From: Candidatus Woesearchaeota archaeon UBA525 | GTDB lineage: Archaea; Nanobdellota; Nanobdellia; Woesearchaeales; UBA525 | Assembly (NCBI GenBank): GCA_002498125.1 | Contig: DAGG01000029.1 | Span: 898-64,897 of the forward strand | Reading direction: 5' to 3' | DNA length: 64,000 nt | In this document: piece by piece, positions 36,220-45,563 of the stretch | How the letters are laid out: every line of letters begins with the position of its first letter | Position numbering within the stretch: the first letter of the stretch is position 1 | Position numbers and translations under genes: made by a program | The notes under the pieces: generated by a model | Database searches by the model: none | What the model was told of the DNA's origin: nothing | Seen by the model: only the letters and a program-made list of their open reading frames with translations

Positions 36220-37977
36220 TCAGAACCGTATCTTTATCCCGCCGTAGATGGATTTGGAGTTCATCTCCTGCGTAAAGTCTGGGAGGACTATGTCGCGCTG
36301 CGTCTCGCCGTAGCGGATCTGCGGCCCGATGTCCACGCGTCCTGCGTTAATCATCCAGTCTGCGCCGACCTCCCATTCGTTCTGCACCTCGAGCTTTGCC
36401 CCCGCGATGTCCTCGCTCTCCTCTCCGAAGTGGTGTTTGTAGCTGCCGAAGAGGTCGAAGCTGTTCTCCTTGCCGAAAATAGTCATCGGGTTCTCCATAG
36501 TCAGCTGGCCAAAGGCCTTAGCTGCAGGGTTCTGGAATTTCACAGTCGCCGGATCACCAGGCCTGAAGTCTGGTGCGAAGGTGCGGTAGAACTCGTCGTG
36601 CACTTCGTAACCTGCGCCGACGCCGACGTGGCTCTTATCGAGATCGCCGATCATCGGACCGATGTAGATGCCTGCTGAGAGCGGGTCGAAGGCCTGCGTC
36701 ACGCCTGTCTTCGCAGTGTCGTTCTGTGTGATGCTCGCATCGATGTTCACGAACGGCTTGATGAAGAAATCAGTGAAGCTCTTCGTGACCTCAAGCTCGA
36801 GACCGGTTGTCTTGAGCTCATCAGCGAAGTACTGCTCGAAACGTGATGGAGCGAAGGTCTGCTGCTCGAGCTCTTTCATGAACGCCGTGATTGCGACAGC
36901 GAGGTCAGGCCTCTTGTACGCCGCCTCAAGTGCCATTGATGGACCCTCGAACTCCTGGAGGATATTAATAGTGTCACATGGCGCCTCGCAGTACTTGCTC
37001 TCGTTCGGAATGATAGTCCTGACATCCATGTTCGTCACATCGACGAGCGGAGTCAAGGACCACGGCTTTACACGGGGACGTTCAAATTCCACAGGTTGCG
37101 GGACTGGCGGCGGGACAAACACCTGCTCCGGCACGCAGTCAGGACACTCGATAGTACAGTCGCCAGTGCATACTTGTCCTGGCTTTAGTCCTGCTGTCCC
37201 GTCGCACTGCTCTCCTACCTGGTTGATAATCCCGTCGCCGCAGTAAGGCGCTGGTACCACAGGTGTAGGAGGGATGAGTTCCTGGACTGGCCGCTCGCAC
37301 GCGAGAAGCGTGAGGTCGAGGCCGTAGCTCGCGCATAGCTTCTTGTCAGGACCGCGCAGCACGACGAAGAGCTTCTCCTTCGTGAATATCGTGTCCTTGA
37401 CTTCATCATGCGTGATCACATAGTCCTTGACTGCTGCCCTGATGCGTGAGTCCTTTGACCATAGAGATACCTTATACCCCGCCTTCTTCTGCGCTGCAGT
37501 GAGTTTCGGCAGTCCTATCTCGAGCTTATCCTCGGGGTAGAGGCAGTACTCCTTGTTCGCTGTGAGGCGGTCGCACTCTCCAACGTCAACCTTGAACTGG
37601 TTGTACTGGCCATCTATGTATGTCGTAATCGGCGTGGGACCGATGAACTTGAGATTGGGGGGACAAGGGTTCTCGGCAGTGCAGTCCTCGAGCGTCCTTA
37701 CAGGAGTTGAGTTCTGGACTACTCGCACATTTAGCTTTGACGCGAGTGTCTCCTGCCGAGCAGGTTCCTTCTCGAACGAGAATCTCGCTGTGCTGTTCTG
37801 CACGACAGCGTTCTTCTCTGCGCGGATGAGCTCCACCTTCTCGCCCTTCTGCACTATCTTCGCGCCTGCGATGGGCGTTGGGGAGTGGGTCTGTGCCTGC
37901 AGCGGTTGCGTTTGCAACGCAGGGCTCAATGTCATTGAGATAAGAGAAGCGAGGGCTATGGTGGTGTTCGGTTTCAC
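36220..37977 (-). CDS. Secreted Cys-rich protein with beta-strand-rich C-terminal domain ending ...YGGIKIRF (OMP beta-barrel-like signature)
   Basis: N-terminal signal-like segment. CGDGIINQVGEQCDG...CTGDCTIECPDC Cys-rich module. The C-terminal ~250 aa show alternating hydrophobic/polar strands, are rich in G/Y/F/N, and end in a terminal Phe. Confidence 0.6.
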   Translation of the reverse strand: MKPNTTIALASLISMTLSPALQTQPLQAQTHSPTPIAGAKIVQKGEKVELIRAEKNAVVQNSTARFSFEKEPARQETLASKLNVRVVQNSTPVRTLEDCTAENPCPPNLKFIGPTPITTYIDGQYNQFKVDVGECDRLTANKEYCLYPEDKLEIGLPKLTAAQKKAGYKVSLWSKDSRIRAAVKDYVITHDEVKDTIFTKEKLFVVLRGPDKKLCASYGLDLTLLACERPVQELIPPTPVVPAPYCGDGIINQVGEQCDGTAGLKPGQVCTGDCTIECPDCVPEQVFVPPPVPQPVEFERPRVKPWSLTPLVDVTNMDVRTIIPNESKYCEAPCDTINILQEFEGPSMALEAAYKRPDLAVAITAFMKELEQQTFAPSRFEQYFADELKTTGLELEVTKSFTDFFIKPFVNIDASITQNDTAKTGVTQAFDPLSAGIYIGPMIGDLDKSHVGVGAGYEVHDEFYRTFAPDFRPGDPATVKFQNPAAKAFGQLTMENPMTIFGKENSFDLFGSYKHHFGEESEDIAGAKLEVQNEWEVGADWMINAGRVDIGPQIRYGETQRDIVLPDFTQEMNSKSIYGGIKIRF

Positions 37978-38092
37978 AGGGTTACCTCGGCCTCTGGAGT
38001 CAAATGTTCGCTATTTATGCATGAGTTGCGGACTGGCAAAAGAAGAGACTGAAAAATTGTCAGAAAAGAGATTGATAAGAGGAGGATGAAGA

Positions 38093-39796
38093 TTAGAAGC
38101 GGTAGTTGCCGAAGACACCGAGTCCGATGTCCGAGCTCTTGAAAGGGGTGCCATCGATGAAGGTGGAATCCTCCTCGCCGAACTTGACGCGGCCTGATAC
38201 GCCGAAGGGGTTCTTGCTCTCCGGGTTGAATATCCACTCCACGCCGGCCTCGCCGTTGAAGACGTAGGAGTCGTCGAGTATCTCCTTCCAGTTGGTCGCG
38301 CGCTGCGTCTGCGGAGCCATTACCCTGCCGGTGCCGAAGATGCGGACGTGATCATCTACAGTGTAGAGCTGGAACGACGCTTCACCTTTGAACATGCGCT
38401 CTGTGACACCGTCGCTGCGGCGGTCATTTGTCGTAGAGTTGTTCGGCCTGCCGAAGTTCATTCGCTGCGCGCCATATCCTGCCTTGATCTTCAGATGACT
38501 GCCGTCCTGGTAGCCGATCATGCCAATGAGATTGGCATAGCCGTCGACGCTCCTGTAGCGCATGACAGTATTGTCATCTGAAGGACCGCGCATACCAAGT
38601 CCCTCGCCGAACGTCACGCTCGAGTACGAGCCATCCAGACCAAGCCCGATGCGGGCCCGTGCGTGGCCAAACGTCTGCTCGTAGTTGAAACTCGGGCTGA
38701 ATGCCGTAATCGTGTTCTCGAGCGTGTTGTGGTAGCGGTTGCCTGTCCCGTTGTCACCGCGGCTCGATGCCGCCTGGATTGAGAAGAGCGTGTTGTCATC
38801 TGTGAACTTGAACTGCGCCATGAGCTGGGATCCACTATAGGTCTCCTCTTCGGGGATGAAGACCTCCTTGTTGTTGCGCGTCACCCAGTAGCCAGTCTGG
38901 AAATTGTGCTCGAACGATCCCAAGCCGAGGTTGAACTCCCTATTACCGGCGTTCCTGAGCGGCTTCTCGCGATGCCTACGCCACAGGGTGCGTTCTTCAC
39001 GTACAACGTCTGCCGGCACATCATCTCCTGCCGTCGCCTCTGCGACCACAGTGACTGTCTCAGAAGGGGTCCTCACCGTCGCCTCTGCCCGCGCTGCTGA
39101 GGAACTGCCCGTCGCTGTCGCCTCTGCGGAGACTTCAGTGACATAGTTGCAGTCGCGCGCGGTTATTGTCGCACCGATGTTGCGCGCGTCAACGCGTTTG
39201 CCATTCCTATCACGCAGGACGAGCGCAAAGTTCTCCTTAGGGAGCTTGAGTGTGTAAGTGTTATACGAACCGCTGGTATCGGTGTCGATTGTCTTGAAGT
39301 ACTGGACGTACTTGCGGTCATTGGCGCTGAGCGCGCCACTGCGGATCTCTACGCCATCAATGGCACCATTATCTACGAGCCAGCTGAACTTAGGTCTGCC
39401 TGCCATCTCGTAGCGGAGAGTATATCCTGCGCGCGCCTGCGCATCAGTGAGGTCCGGTAGCACGAGCTTTACCTGATCGCCAGGAGTGCAGAACCCGCCG
39501 ATTGTGCCCATGCCGTAATCGACGATGCGGTCGAGCGATGGATCACGTCTCTCGCGAATGACCTGTCGCGCAGGGGCCTCCTTGACTTTTCTTACGACCT
39601 GTTTCTCAACAGGAGCGACAGGTGTGCACGGCGATACTGCCGCCTCGCCGCAAACTGGCTTGGCTTCGCGCACGAATGGTCTGACAATCGCTTGCTTTGC
39701 GTCATGCATCCACTGACGGAGTCCTGCCTCTGCGTTAGGCGCAGCGAGGCTCAAGAGCCCGGCCGCGATGATCGCTTTCGTGAGATTCTTGTTCAT
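38093..39796 (-). CDS. Secreted protein, paralog of 36220..37977, C-terminal beta-rich domain ending ...LGVFGNYRF
   Basis: Sec signal MNKNLTKAIIAAGLLSLAAPNAEA. Shares the motif LP.LT.AQ..AGY with its paralog. The C-terminal ~300 aa have an alternating pattern and a terminal aromatic-R-F. Confidence 0.6.
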   Translation of the reverse strand: MNKNLTKAIIAAGLLSLAAPNAEAGLRQWMHDAKQAIVRPFVREAKPVCGEAAVSPCTPVAPVEKQVVRKVKEAPARQVIRERRDPSLDRIVDYGMGTIGGFCTPGDQVKLVLPDLTDAQARAGYTLRYEMAGRPKFSWLVDNGAIDGVEIRSGALSANDRKYVQYFKTIDTDTSGSYNTYTLKLPKENFALVLRDRNGKRVDARNIGATITARDCNYVTEVSAEATATGSSSAARAEATVRTPSETVTVVAEATAGDDVPADVVREERTLWRRHREKPLRNAGNREFNLGLGSFEHNFQTGYWVTRNNKEVFIPEEETYSGSQLMAQFKFTDDNTLFSIQAASSRGDNGTGNRYHNTLENTITAFSPSFNYEQTFGHARARIGLGLDGSYSSVTFGEGLGMRGPSDDNTVMRYRSVDGYANLIGMIGYQDGSHLKIKAGYGAQRMNFGRPNNSTTNDRRSDGVTERMFKGEASFQLYTVDDHVRIFGTGRVMAPQTQRATNWKEILDDSYVFNGEAGVEWIFNPESKNPFGVSGRVKFGEEDSTFIDGTPFKSSDIGLGVFGNYRF

Positions 39797-39804
39797 GTGT
39801 TCAC

Positions 39805-42384
39805 CTAGTAATTAAACTGGACATCATTCTCGAGGAGCTTCCCTATCACGCTCTCTTCCATGGCCTGTGCCTGGAACGCGTACTCATACATGATACGTTC
39901 GAAGAGAGGCTTGTCATCATTGTGTATCGCGGTCTTCGCCCTACCTATGCGCATGATCTGGTCGCGATCATAGCCATCCGGCGTGCCGCAGGTCTTCTTC
40001 TCGTCGCAGTACTTATGCAGGTCCTGGACGAGAACCAGGCCTCTCTCCACATACTGCATCCTCTCAGCATCTGAGGAGAATCGCTTGTTCTGGATACCAT
40101 CGAACATCACTTTCACTTCTCCGATGAGCCTCTTCTCCTCAGGAGAGAGAGTGTACTCGATGCCCTGATTATCACGGCCGGTCGTACCCTGCGGGCCGTT
40201 GTACTCAGATGTTACAGGTGCTTCAGCAGTCGTCTTCGGACTGTAATCGAATATAGGCGGTGACGTAGAGCTCTCCGTAGGAGCGACCTTGACAGACGCG
40301 GCTGCCACGGAATTGTCCGCGCTTGCGTACGCATGCACGTCTACGACGGGCTTCGGCTGCTCGTACACGATCTCATCGAGCGTCGTGCTCGGGATATCCC
40401 ATGAAGGGTCGTCACCAGGAACGTTGTACGAAACCGGCGGCTGCGCTGGAGGCTCCAGAATCTCAGGGACGCGCGCGTCCGGAATCGGAGACTGCTTGTA
40501 CTCCAATGGCTGCGCTGCAGGAGTCCTGTCAGGAACTGGAGGAGCTTTGTACTCCGGCACAGGCTCCGATGCTGCAGGCGCTTTGCGCTCAGGCACCGAT
40601 TCCTGAGAAGATGAGTTATACACTGGAGCGGGCGACGTGGCCAGCGCAGTGACGATGAACCGTATAGGCACCTTCACGCTCTGCACGATCGTGCCGTCAC
40701 TATCACGGGCAGCGATGTCGTACACGAGGATCTTATCCTGCTTTAACTCGCCGTAGGATATGGTGAGCTGACCATCGATGGCGCTCGCCAGCGCGATGTC
40801 CTCTGCAGTGTTGAACGTCGGCGAGAGCGATGCGCTCACTGCCCGCTTGTCTTGCGGCAGATCGAGCGTGAACGAATCCCCGGCGCTCTTGAGGTAGACC
40901 GTGGTTATCGCATGCTTGCTCCACAATCCTTCTAGCTCTGTCGCCATCACTCCGCGCACCTTAACGTTCGTGCCTTCGAGCGTGTTGTCGAGTGTGAAGA
41001 CGGGGTCGCCGCGGGGAAGTCCCTTTTGCCTTGTGCTGAGCGTGATGCGCTGCGCGATGCCGTCAGAGATGACAACCGCTGCAGGGTTGAGTAGGTAGTC
41101 GCCTGATGTGTTGAACCTGCTCTTGTACACAGGCTTCGATGCGCCGTTATACTCAACAGGAGGTTCTGCTCGCGCAGGAGACGTGGTGGAAGGCACGTCT
41201 TTCGACGGGCTTGTGGAAGCAGCGCTTGCAGGCGTACCGCTTGCTGACGAGTTGCTTGCCGATGCACCGGAAGGAGTATAGGACGCTGAGTCAGCACCTG
41301 CTGATGCGCCGGCGGCCGCTCCCGAAGCTGTGCCGCCATCGATGATTTTCTCGAGTGGAGGAGTGAGAAGATCAGGTGACGCTGAGGAAGGTTCTGCACG
41401 CGGCAGAGGTGTGATGGTCTCGGCCGGAGTGGTCTGCGTGAGCGCAGTGTCGAGTGCCGTACCGAAAGCAGTATCAGTCGGTGATGGAGAATATGGATTG
41501 GGTGCAGTGCTTGTGAGCACTGTATCGGTGAGTGTGGTATCTGTGATTGCTGTATCGAGCGCGGTGCTTGCTGGCGCGCGACGGTAGCCAGACATCGTTC
41601 CCGTAGGGACGACGCTCTTGTCTTCCGGCGTGGCGCGCTCTAATCCGCTGGCAGGGCGCTGGACCTGACGGCTCACTTCAGCCCTGCGCTGCTCGTACAC
41701 AACAGATCTCTTCTGGAGTTCGGCAATGCCGTAGCCTGCGGCGATGAAGCCAGCTCCAATAGCAGCACCGACGAGGACAATCTTGCCTTTCCTCTTCAAA
41801 CCATCGTTGCTGAAATCCGGCTTATGCACCCAGTCGGGCTTGTGCACGTACAACCACTCGCGCGAACTGCGCGTCCGCTCCTTGAGGACATTGCCGGTGT
41901 TGGAGAATGCGTTCCTAGTGCCTGCGCGCATCTTCTCGTCGGCATTGTCCATCGTGATACGGTACTTTGAATATGCATGCTTCGCCCCTGCGCCTGTTGC
42001 GATAAATGGTTTCTTCATGGCAGAACTGTAACGCTTCAACCGCCCCGGCGATTTCTCTGCTTCGCCAACAGGCGTTTCAGGAAGCGCTACTCCGGCAGCC
42101 GCTACATCAGAGAGGTGGTCTTCAGCAGTCGGTTCAGGCGTGCCTGCAATCTCATCGAGACGCTCATCTATCGCCTTATCGAGATCCTGGTCCTCAATGC
42201 GCACCCGCCGCGTCTCGAACTCATCAAGTGTCTCAGCCACAGAGTTCTCCTGTGCAGAAGCACCAGTATGCTCAGACACCATATCTGATTCTGAGAGTTG
42301 CTCAATGTCCTCATTTCTAGGATTCGTAGGATTGTCGTCAGGCATATGCGTCCTCAAGTCTGGCGCGGTCCATTCTTCTCCCAT
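39805..42384 (-). CDS. Giant single-pass membrane surface protein with acidic N-terminal (cytoplasmic) region, S/T/P/A-rich stalk and Pro-rich PxEYK-type repeats
   Basis: One TM helix (KIVLVGAAIGAGFIAAGYGIAEL) at about aa 195-217. Long low-complexity Ser/Thr/Ala/Pro region, a likely O-glycosylated stalk. Globular C-terminal domain. TATA-like gtgatttaaataag sits 27-34 nt upstream. Confidence 0.6.
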   Translation of the reverse strand: MGEEWTAPDLRTHMPDDNPTNPRNEDIEQLSESDMVSEHTGASAQENSVAETLDEFETRRVRIEDQDLDKAIDERLDEIAGTPEPTAEDHLSDVAAAGVALPETPVGEAEKSPGRLKRYSSAMKKPFIATGAGAKHAYSKYRITMDNADEKMRAGTRNAFSNTGNVLKERTRSSREWLYVHKPDWVHKPDFSNDGLKRKGKIVLVGAAIGAGFIAAGYGIAELQKRSVVYEQRRAEVSRQVQRPASGLERATPEDKSVVPTGTMSGYRRAPASTALDTAITDTTLTDTVLTSTAPNPYSPSPTDTAFGTALDTALTQTTPAETITPLPRAEPSSASPDLLTPPLEKIIDGGTASGAAAGASAGADSASYTPSGASASNSSASGTPASAASTSPSKDVPSTTSPARAEPPVEYNGASKPVYKSRFNTSGDYLLNPAAVVISDGIAQRITLSTRQKGLPRGDPVFTLDNTLEGTNVKVRGVMATELEGLWSKHAITTVYLKSAGDSFTLDLPQDKRAVSASLSPTFNTAEDIALASAIDGQLTISYGELKQDKILVYDIAARDSDGTIVQSVKVPIRFIVTALATSPAPVYNSSSQESVPERKAPAASEPVPEYKAPPVPDRTPAAQPLEYKQSPIPDARVPEILEPPAQPPVSYNVPGDDPSWDIPSTTLDEIVYEQPKPVVDVHAYASADNSVAAASVKVAPTESSTSPPIFDYSPKTTAEAPVTSEYNGPQGTTGRDNQGIEYTLSPEEKRLIGEVKVMFDGIQNKRFSSDAERMQYVERGLVLVQDLHKYCDEKKTCGTPDGYDRDQIMRIGRAKTAIHNDDKPLFERIMYEYAFQAQAMEESVIGKLLENDVQFNY

Positions 42385-42513
42385 GTCCCCGCTTGGGAAT
42401 GTGGAGGCGAGCGTGATTTAAATAAGTTTCTGAATGTAACCACTGTGCGGTGAATACTATTTTCCCTCCACTGAGACTTCGATGATGAGAACTAATATCT
42501 ATATAGAAAATAA

Positions 42514-43908
42514 ATGATTGTTGCGTATACGGAGAGCATTTATATATGCTGCTGGACGGAAATCATAGGTGAGAGCTTGACGTACGACATCGTGGTGGGA
42601 AGGAGCAAGCACGATAAGGAGAAGTACGGCACGCAGGGTACCATTTTCTTAGGTAAGCACTATGTCACCATGGGACAGACCGTGGCGCTCAGCAACAAGG
42701 TCTTCTTGGACATGATCCGCAGCCACGTCATATTCGTCTGCGGCAAGCGCGGAGGGGGAAAGTCATACACCATGGGCGTGATTGCCGAAGGCATGGCAGA
42801 CCTGCCCGATAGCATCAGGAAGAACCTGAGCATCATCATGCTCGACACCATGGGCATCTACTGGACCATGAAGTACCCGAACATCAAAGAGAAGGAGCTC
42901 CTCAGCAGCTGGACCATGGAGCCAAAGAGCTCCGACATCACCATATTCACGCCAAAAGGTTTCTACGACAAGGCCAAAGAAGAAGGCATCCCGACAGACA
43001 GGCCGTTCGCAATAAAACCGAGCGAACTCCTAGGCAGCGACTGGGTAACGACATTCAGCCTCGACCCGAACAGCGACGTCGGCGTCCTCATCGAGCGCAC
43101 AATCCACAACCTGCAGGAACGTAAGGAACAAGGAGAGGACTTCAGCCTCAGAGACATACTCTCAATGATTGAACAGGACAAGGAGACGGCGGCTAACACG
43201 CGCGCTGCGGCGCGCAACCACTTCATCGCTGCCCAAGGATGGGGCATCTTCTCAGACCAGGGAACACCGCTCTCGGAGCTCGCGCAACCAGGACAGATCA
43301 CAGTACTCGACCTCTCCGCCTACTCGACACAGGAGAACGGCTGGGCAGTGAAGTCACTCGTCACAGGTCTCGTGAGCCAGAAACTCTTTCTCGAGCGCAT
43401 GACTGCGCGCAAGACTGAGGAGTTCCGCCAGGTCCACCGTGACGTGAACTACCTTGCTGAGGATGACGACCTGCAGCAGGAGATGCCGCTCGTCTGGCTC
43501 GTCATCGACGAAGCGCACGAGTTCCTGCCGAACCAGGGCAAGACGCTCGCGAGCGACCCGCTCATCACCATCCTACGAGAAGGCCGCCAGCCTGGCATCA
43601 GCCTCATCCTCGCGAGCCAACAGCCAGGCAAGATTCACACTGATGTGATGACTCAGGCGGACGTCGTGATCAGCCACCGTATCACCGCAAAGCTCGACAC
43701 CGATGCGCTTGGGATGCTCATGCAGTCATACCTACGCGTCGGCCTGGACAAACTCTTAGATGGATTGCCCCGCACATCGGGAGCTGCACTCATCCTCGAC
43801 GACAACAACGAGAAGATGTTCCCTATCCAGATCAGGCCGCGCTTCACCTGGCACGGCGGCGAGTCGCCCACAGCGCTCAAAAAAGAGAAAGAGCTCTTCG
43901 AGTTCTAG
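42514..43908 (+). CDS. HerA/FtsK-superfamily P-loop ATPase (DUF87/HerA-like central domain)
   Basis: Walker A GKRGGGKSYT and Walker B VWLVIDEAHEF. A short N-terminal barrel-like segment (DIVVGRS...GTIFLG). The start may be an internal TTG/GTG (42577-42595), because a TATA-like box lies immediately upstream of the ATG at 42514. Confidence 0.7.
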   Translation: MIVAYTESIYICCWTEIIGESLTYDIVVGRSKHDKEKYGTQGTIFLGKHYVTMGQTVALSNKVFLDMIRSHVIFVCGKRGGGKSYTMGVIAEGMADLPDSIRKNLSIIMLDTMGIYWTMKYPNIKEKELLSSWTMEPKSSDITIFTPKGFYDKAKEEGIPTDRPFAIKPSELLGSDWVTTFSLDPNSDVGVLIERTIHNLQERKEQGEDFSLRDILSMIEQDKETAANTRAAARNHFIAAQGWGIFSDQGTPLSELAQPGQITVLDLSAYSTQENGWAVKSLVTGLVSQKLFLERMTARKTEEFRQVHRDVNYLAEDDDLQQEMPLVWLVIDEAHEFLPNQGKTLASDPLITILREGRQPGISLILASQQPGKIHTDVMTQADVVISHRITAKLDTDALGMLMQSYLRVGLDKLLDGLPRTSGAALILDDNNEKMFPIQIRPRFTWHGGESPTALKKEKELFEF

Positions 43909-43953
43909 ATATCTGCCAGAAATGTTTTAACCGTATCCAACCCTCCGGAAATA

Positions 43954-44286
43954 ATGGAGTATGCGGGGCAGTACACAGTCACAGCGAGAGCGCATACGCG
44001 GCCGTACGCGAAACTATGCACGCTCAATGAGGAAATCACGAGGTTGTATCCTGGCGCGCACATCACTATCCGCGAAGCGGACACCATGACGGGCTGCGAC
44101 AGCATCCTCAACCTCATGTTCAGCCAGATCGGCACCCGGCTCGGCACCGAGATAGAGGTCGTGGTGCGCGGTGAGTACGACTATAGGACGCTGGAGGGCA
44201 TTGCGGATCGGGTGGGCGCGGTATTCGCGCAGAAGGACGTCCTCGCTGAGCAGACTGGCATGATGCTAGGGATCAGACGCAAATAG
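43954..44286 (+). CDS. HPr-like phosphocarrier-fold small protein (putative)
   Basis: YTVTARAHTRPYAKL aligns with the HPr active-site region (V)TI.N..GLH(T/A)RPA. Downstream ITIREADTM..CDSILNLM..IG..LGTEIEVVVRGEYDYRTLEGIADRV follows the HPr pattern. The active-site His is conserved. Confidence 0.4.
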   Translation: MEYAGQYTVTARAHTRPYAKLCTLNEEITRLYPGAHITIREADTMTGCDSILNLMFSQIGTRLGTEIEVVVRGEYDYRTLEGIADRVGAVFAQKDVLAEQTGMMLGIRRK

Positions 44287-44296
44287 CGACCACCAA

Positions 44297-45292
44297 TCAT
44301 TCTATATCATACACCTTGAGGTGATCTGTCCAGAACTCTCCGTGTATCTCTGTCGAGAAGGAGAACGCCTTGAGCTCGGTCTTCGGGTCGTCGAGCGACT
44401 TTTCGATGATGTCGAGCGCTGAGTATACGAAGCGCGTGATGTCCGTCTGCGTCACGATGCCGAGGATCTTCGCATCCTTCGTGCCATCGGGCTTCTGCGA
44501 TCCGTCGACTATGAGCAGGCGCCTCATGTTCTTCTGCAGCATGAGCCGGTTCGCCTCGAATATCGTCTCTGAGGAGGGCATGGCGCGCACGTACTTGCGC
44601 ATGTACTGCGAGATGTCCTTCATCTCGAGTTTGCCGTGCTGGTCGTAGAACTGCATGACCACATCGTACTCGGTGAATATGCCTAAAGGGACTGGATCCT
44701 TGAGCTTGTCCACGATGATTATCGCGCCGACATTGGCCTTCAGCATCTTCTGCTTGGCCTGCGCGACGCTATCCTTCGCAGTGACCATGAGCACCTTCTC
44801 AGTCATGATGCTGCCGAGCATGAGATTATTGGCGACAGGGTATGCCGAGAACGCCTTCATGAGCGTGCGCGTGAAATCAGTCTGCGTGATGATGCCTAGC
44901 ATCTTGTCGTCCTCGGCCACGATGAGCCTGCGGAAGCCCTTGGACTTCATGAGTGCTACAGCATCTGTGAGCTTCATGCTGCGAGGCACAGTCACGGGAT
45001 TAGGGGTCATGATGTCCTTCACTTTCATCTCAAAGACCTTTGAAGTGAGTGGGACTTTGCGCAGGAAGTCGCGTTCTGAGAGCACGCCGAGCGCTTTGGC
45101 CTCGGTGGCGACGATAAGGCAGGAGATATCCTCCGCGATCATCTTCGTGGCGGCCTTGATGATATCATCCTCAGGCTTGATGGTGATGACATACTTCGTC
45201 ATGATATCGCCGACAGTCAGCCGGCGCAATGCTGCCACTTCCTTGCGCACCGCACGCTTGCGGAGCGCCCTGCGTATCGCTTTGAACACCAT
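44297..45292 (-). CDS. CBS-domain protein (four CBS modules)
   Basis: Repeated ~60-aa CBS units (VGDIMTKYVITIKP..., VKDIMTPNPVTV..., IMTEKVLMVTA..., ISQYMRKYVRAMP...). Confidence 0.8.
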   Translation of the reverse strand: MVFKAIRRALRKRAVRKEVAALRRLTVGDIMTKYVITIKPEDDIIKAATKMIAEDISCLIVATEAKALGVLSERDFLRKVPLTSKVFEMKVKDIMTPNPVTVPRSMKLTDAVALMKSKGFRRLIVAEDDKMLGIITQTDFTRTLMKAFSAYPVANNLMLGSIMTEKVLMVTAKDSVAQAKQKMLKANVGAIIIVDKLKDPVPLGIFTEYDVVMQFYDQHGKLEMKDISQYMRKYVRAMPSSETIFEANRLMLQKNMRRLLIVDGSQKPDGTKDAKILGIVTQTDITRFVYSALDIIEKSLDDPKTELKAFSFSTEIHGEFWTDHLKVYDIE

Positions 45293-45293
45293 C

Positions 45294-45521
45294 TTACCTG
45301 CGCTTGTAATGGACTGCTAGGACTTCGAGGTCGTCCGGATCGGTGGTGGCGTTGCTCATGCTCACCATGCTTGCGATGAACATGATGATGAAGAGCGCCA
45401 TGAACGCAGCCCCCCACTTGAAGTATCCCAGAGAACGGTAAACTAGGAAGTATGCTACGAAGAAGCCAATGATGCTCGTGATCATCCACTCGTGCGGTAA
45501 CGGAGCTGCCTTGAAAGCCAC
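45294..45521 (-). CDS. Small membrane protein (2 TM)
   Basis: 75 aa with two hydrophobic helices. Directly upstream of the CBS gene. Confidence 0.4.
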   Translation of the reverse strand: MAFKAAPLPHEWMITSIIGFFVAYFLVYRSLGYFKWGAAFMALFIIMFIASMVSMSNATTDPDDLEVLAVHYKRR

Positions 45522-45563
45522 TTTTCCACCTCTCTGCGGACCCAGGGGATGAGATTTATAAAT

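Noticed and set aside
43954-44286. Calling the 110-aa protein a bona fide PTS HPr
   Set aside because: The active-site-like His context matches, but no PTS enzyme I or II genes are seen. Archaeal PTS is rare and unexpected in this lineage, so the call is kept as HPr-like fold only.
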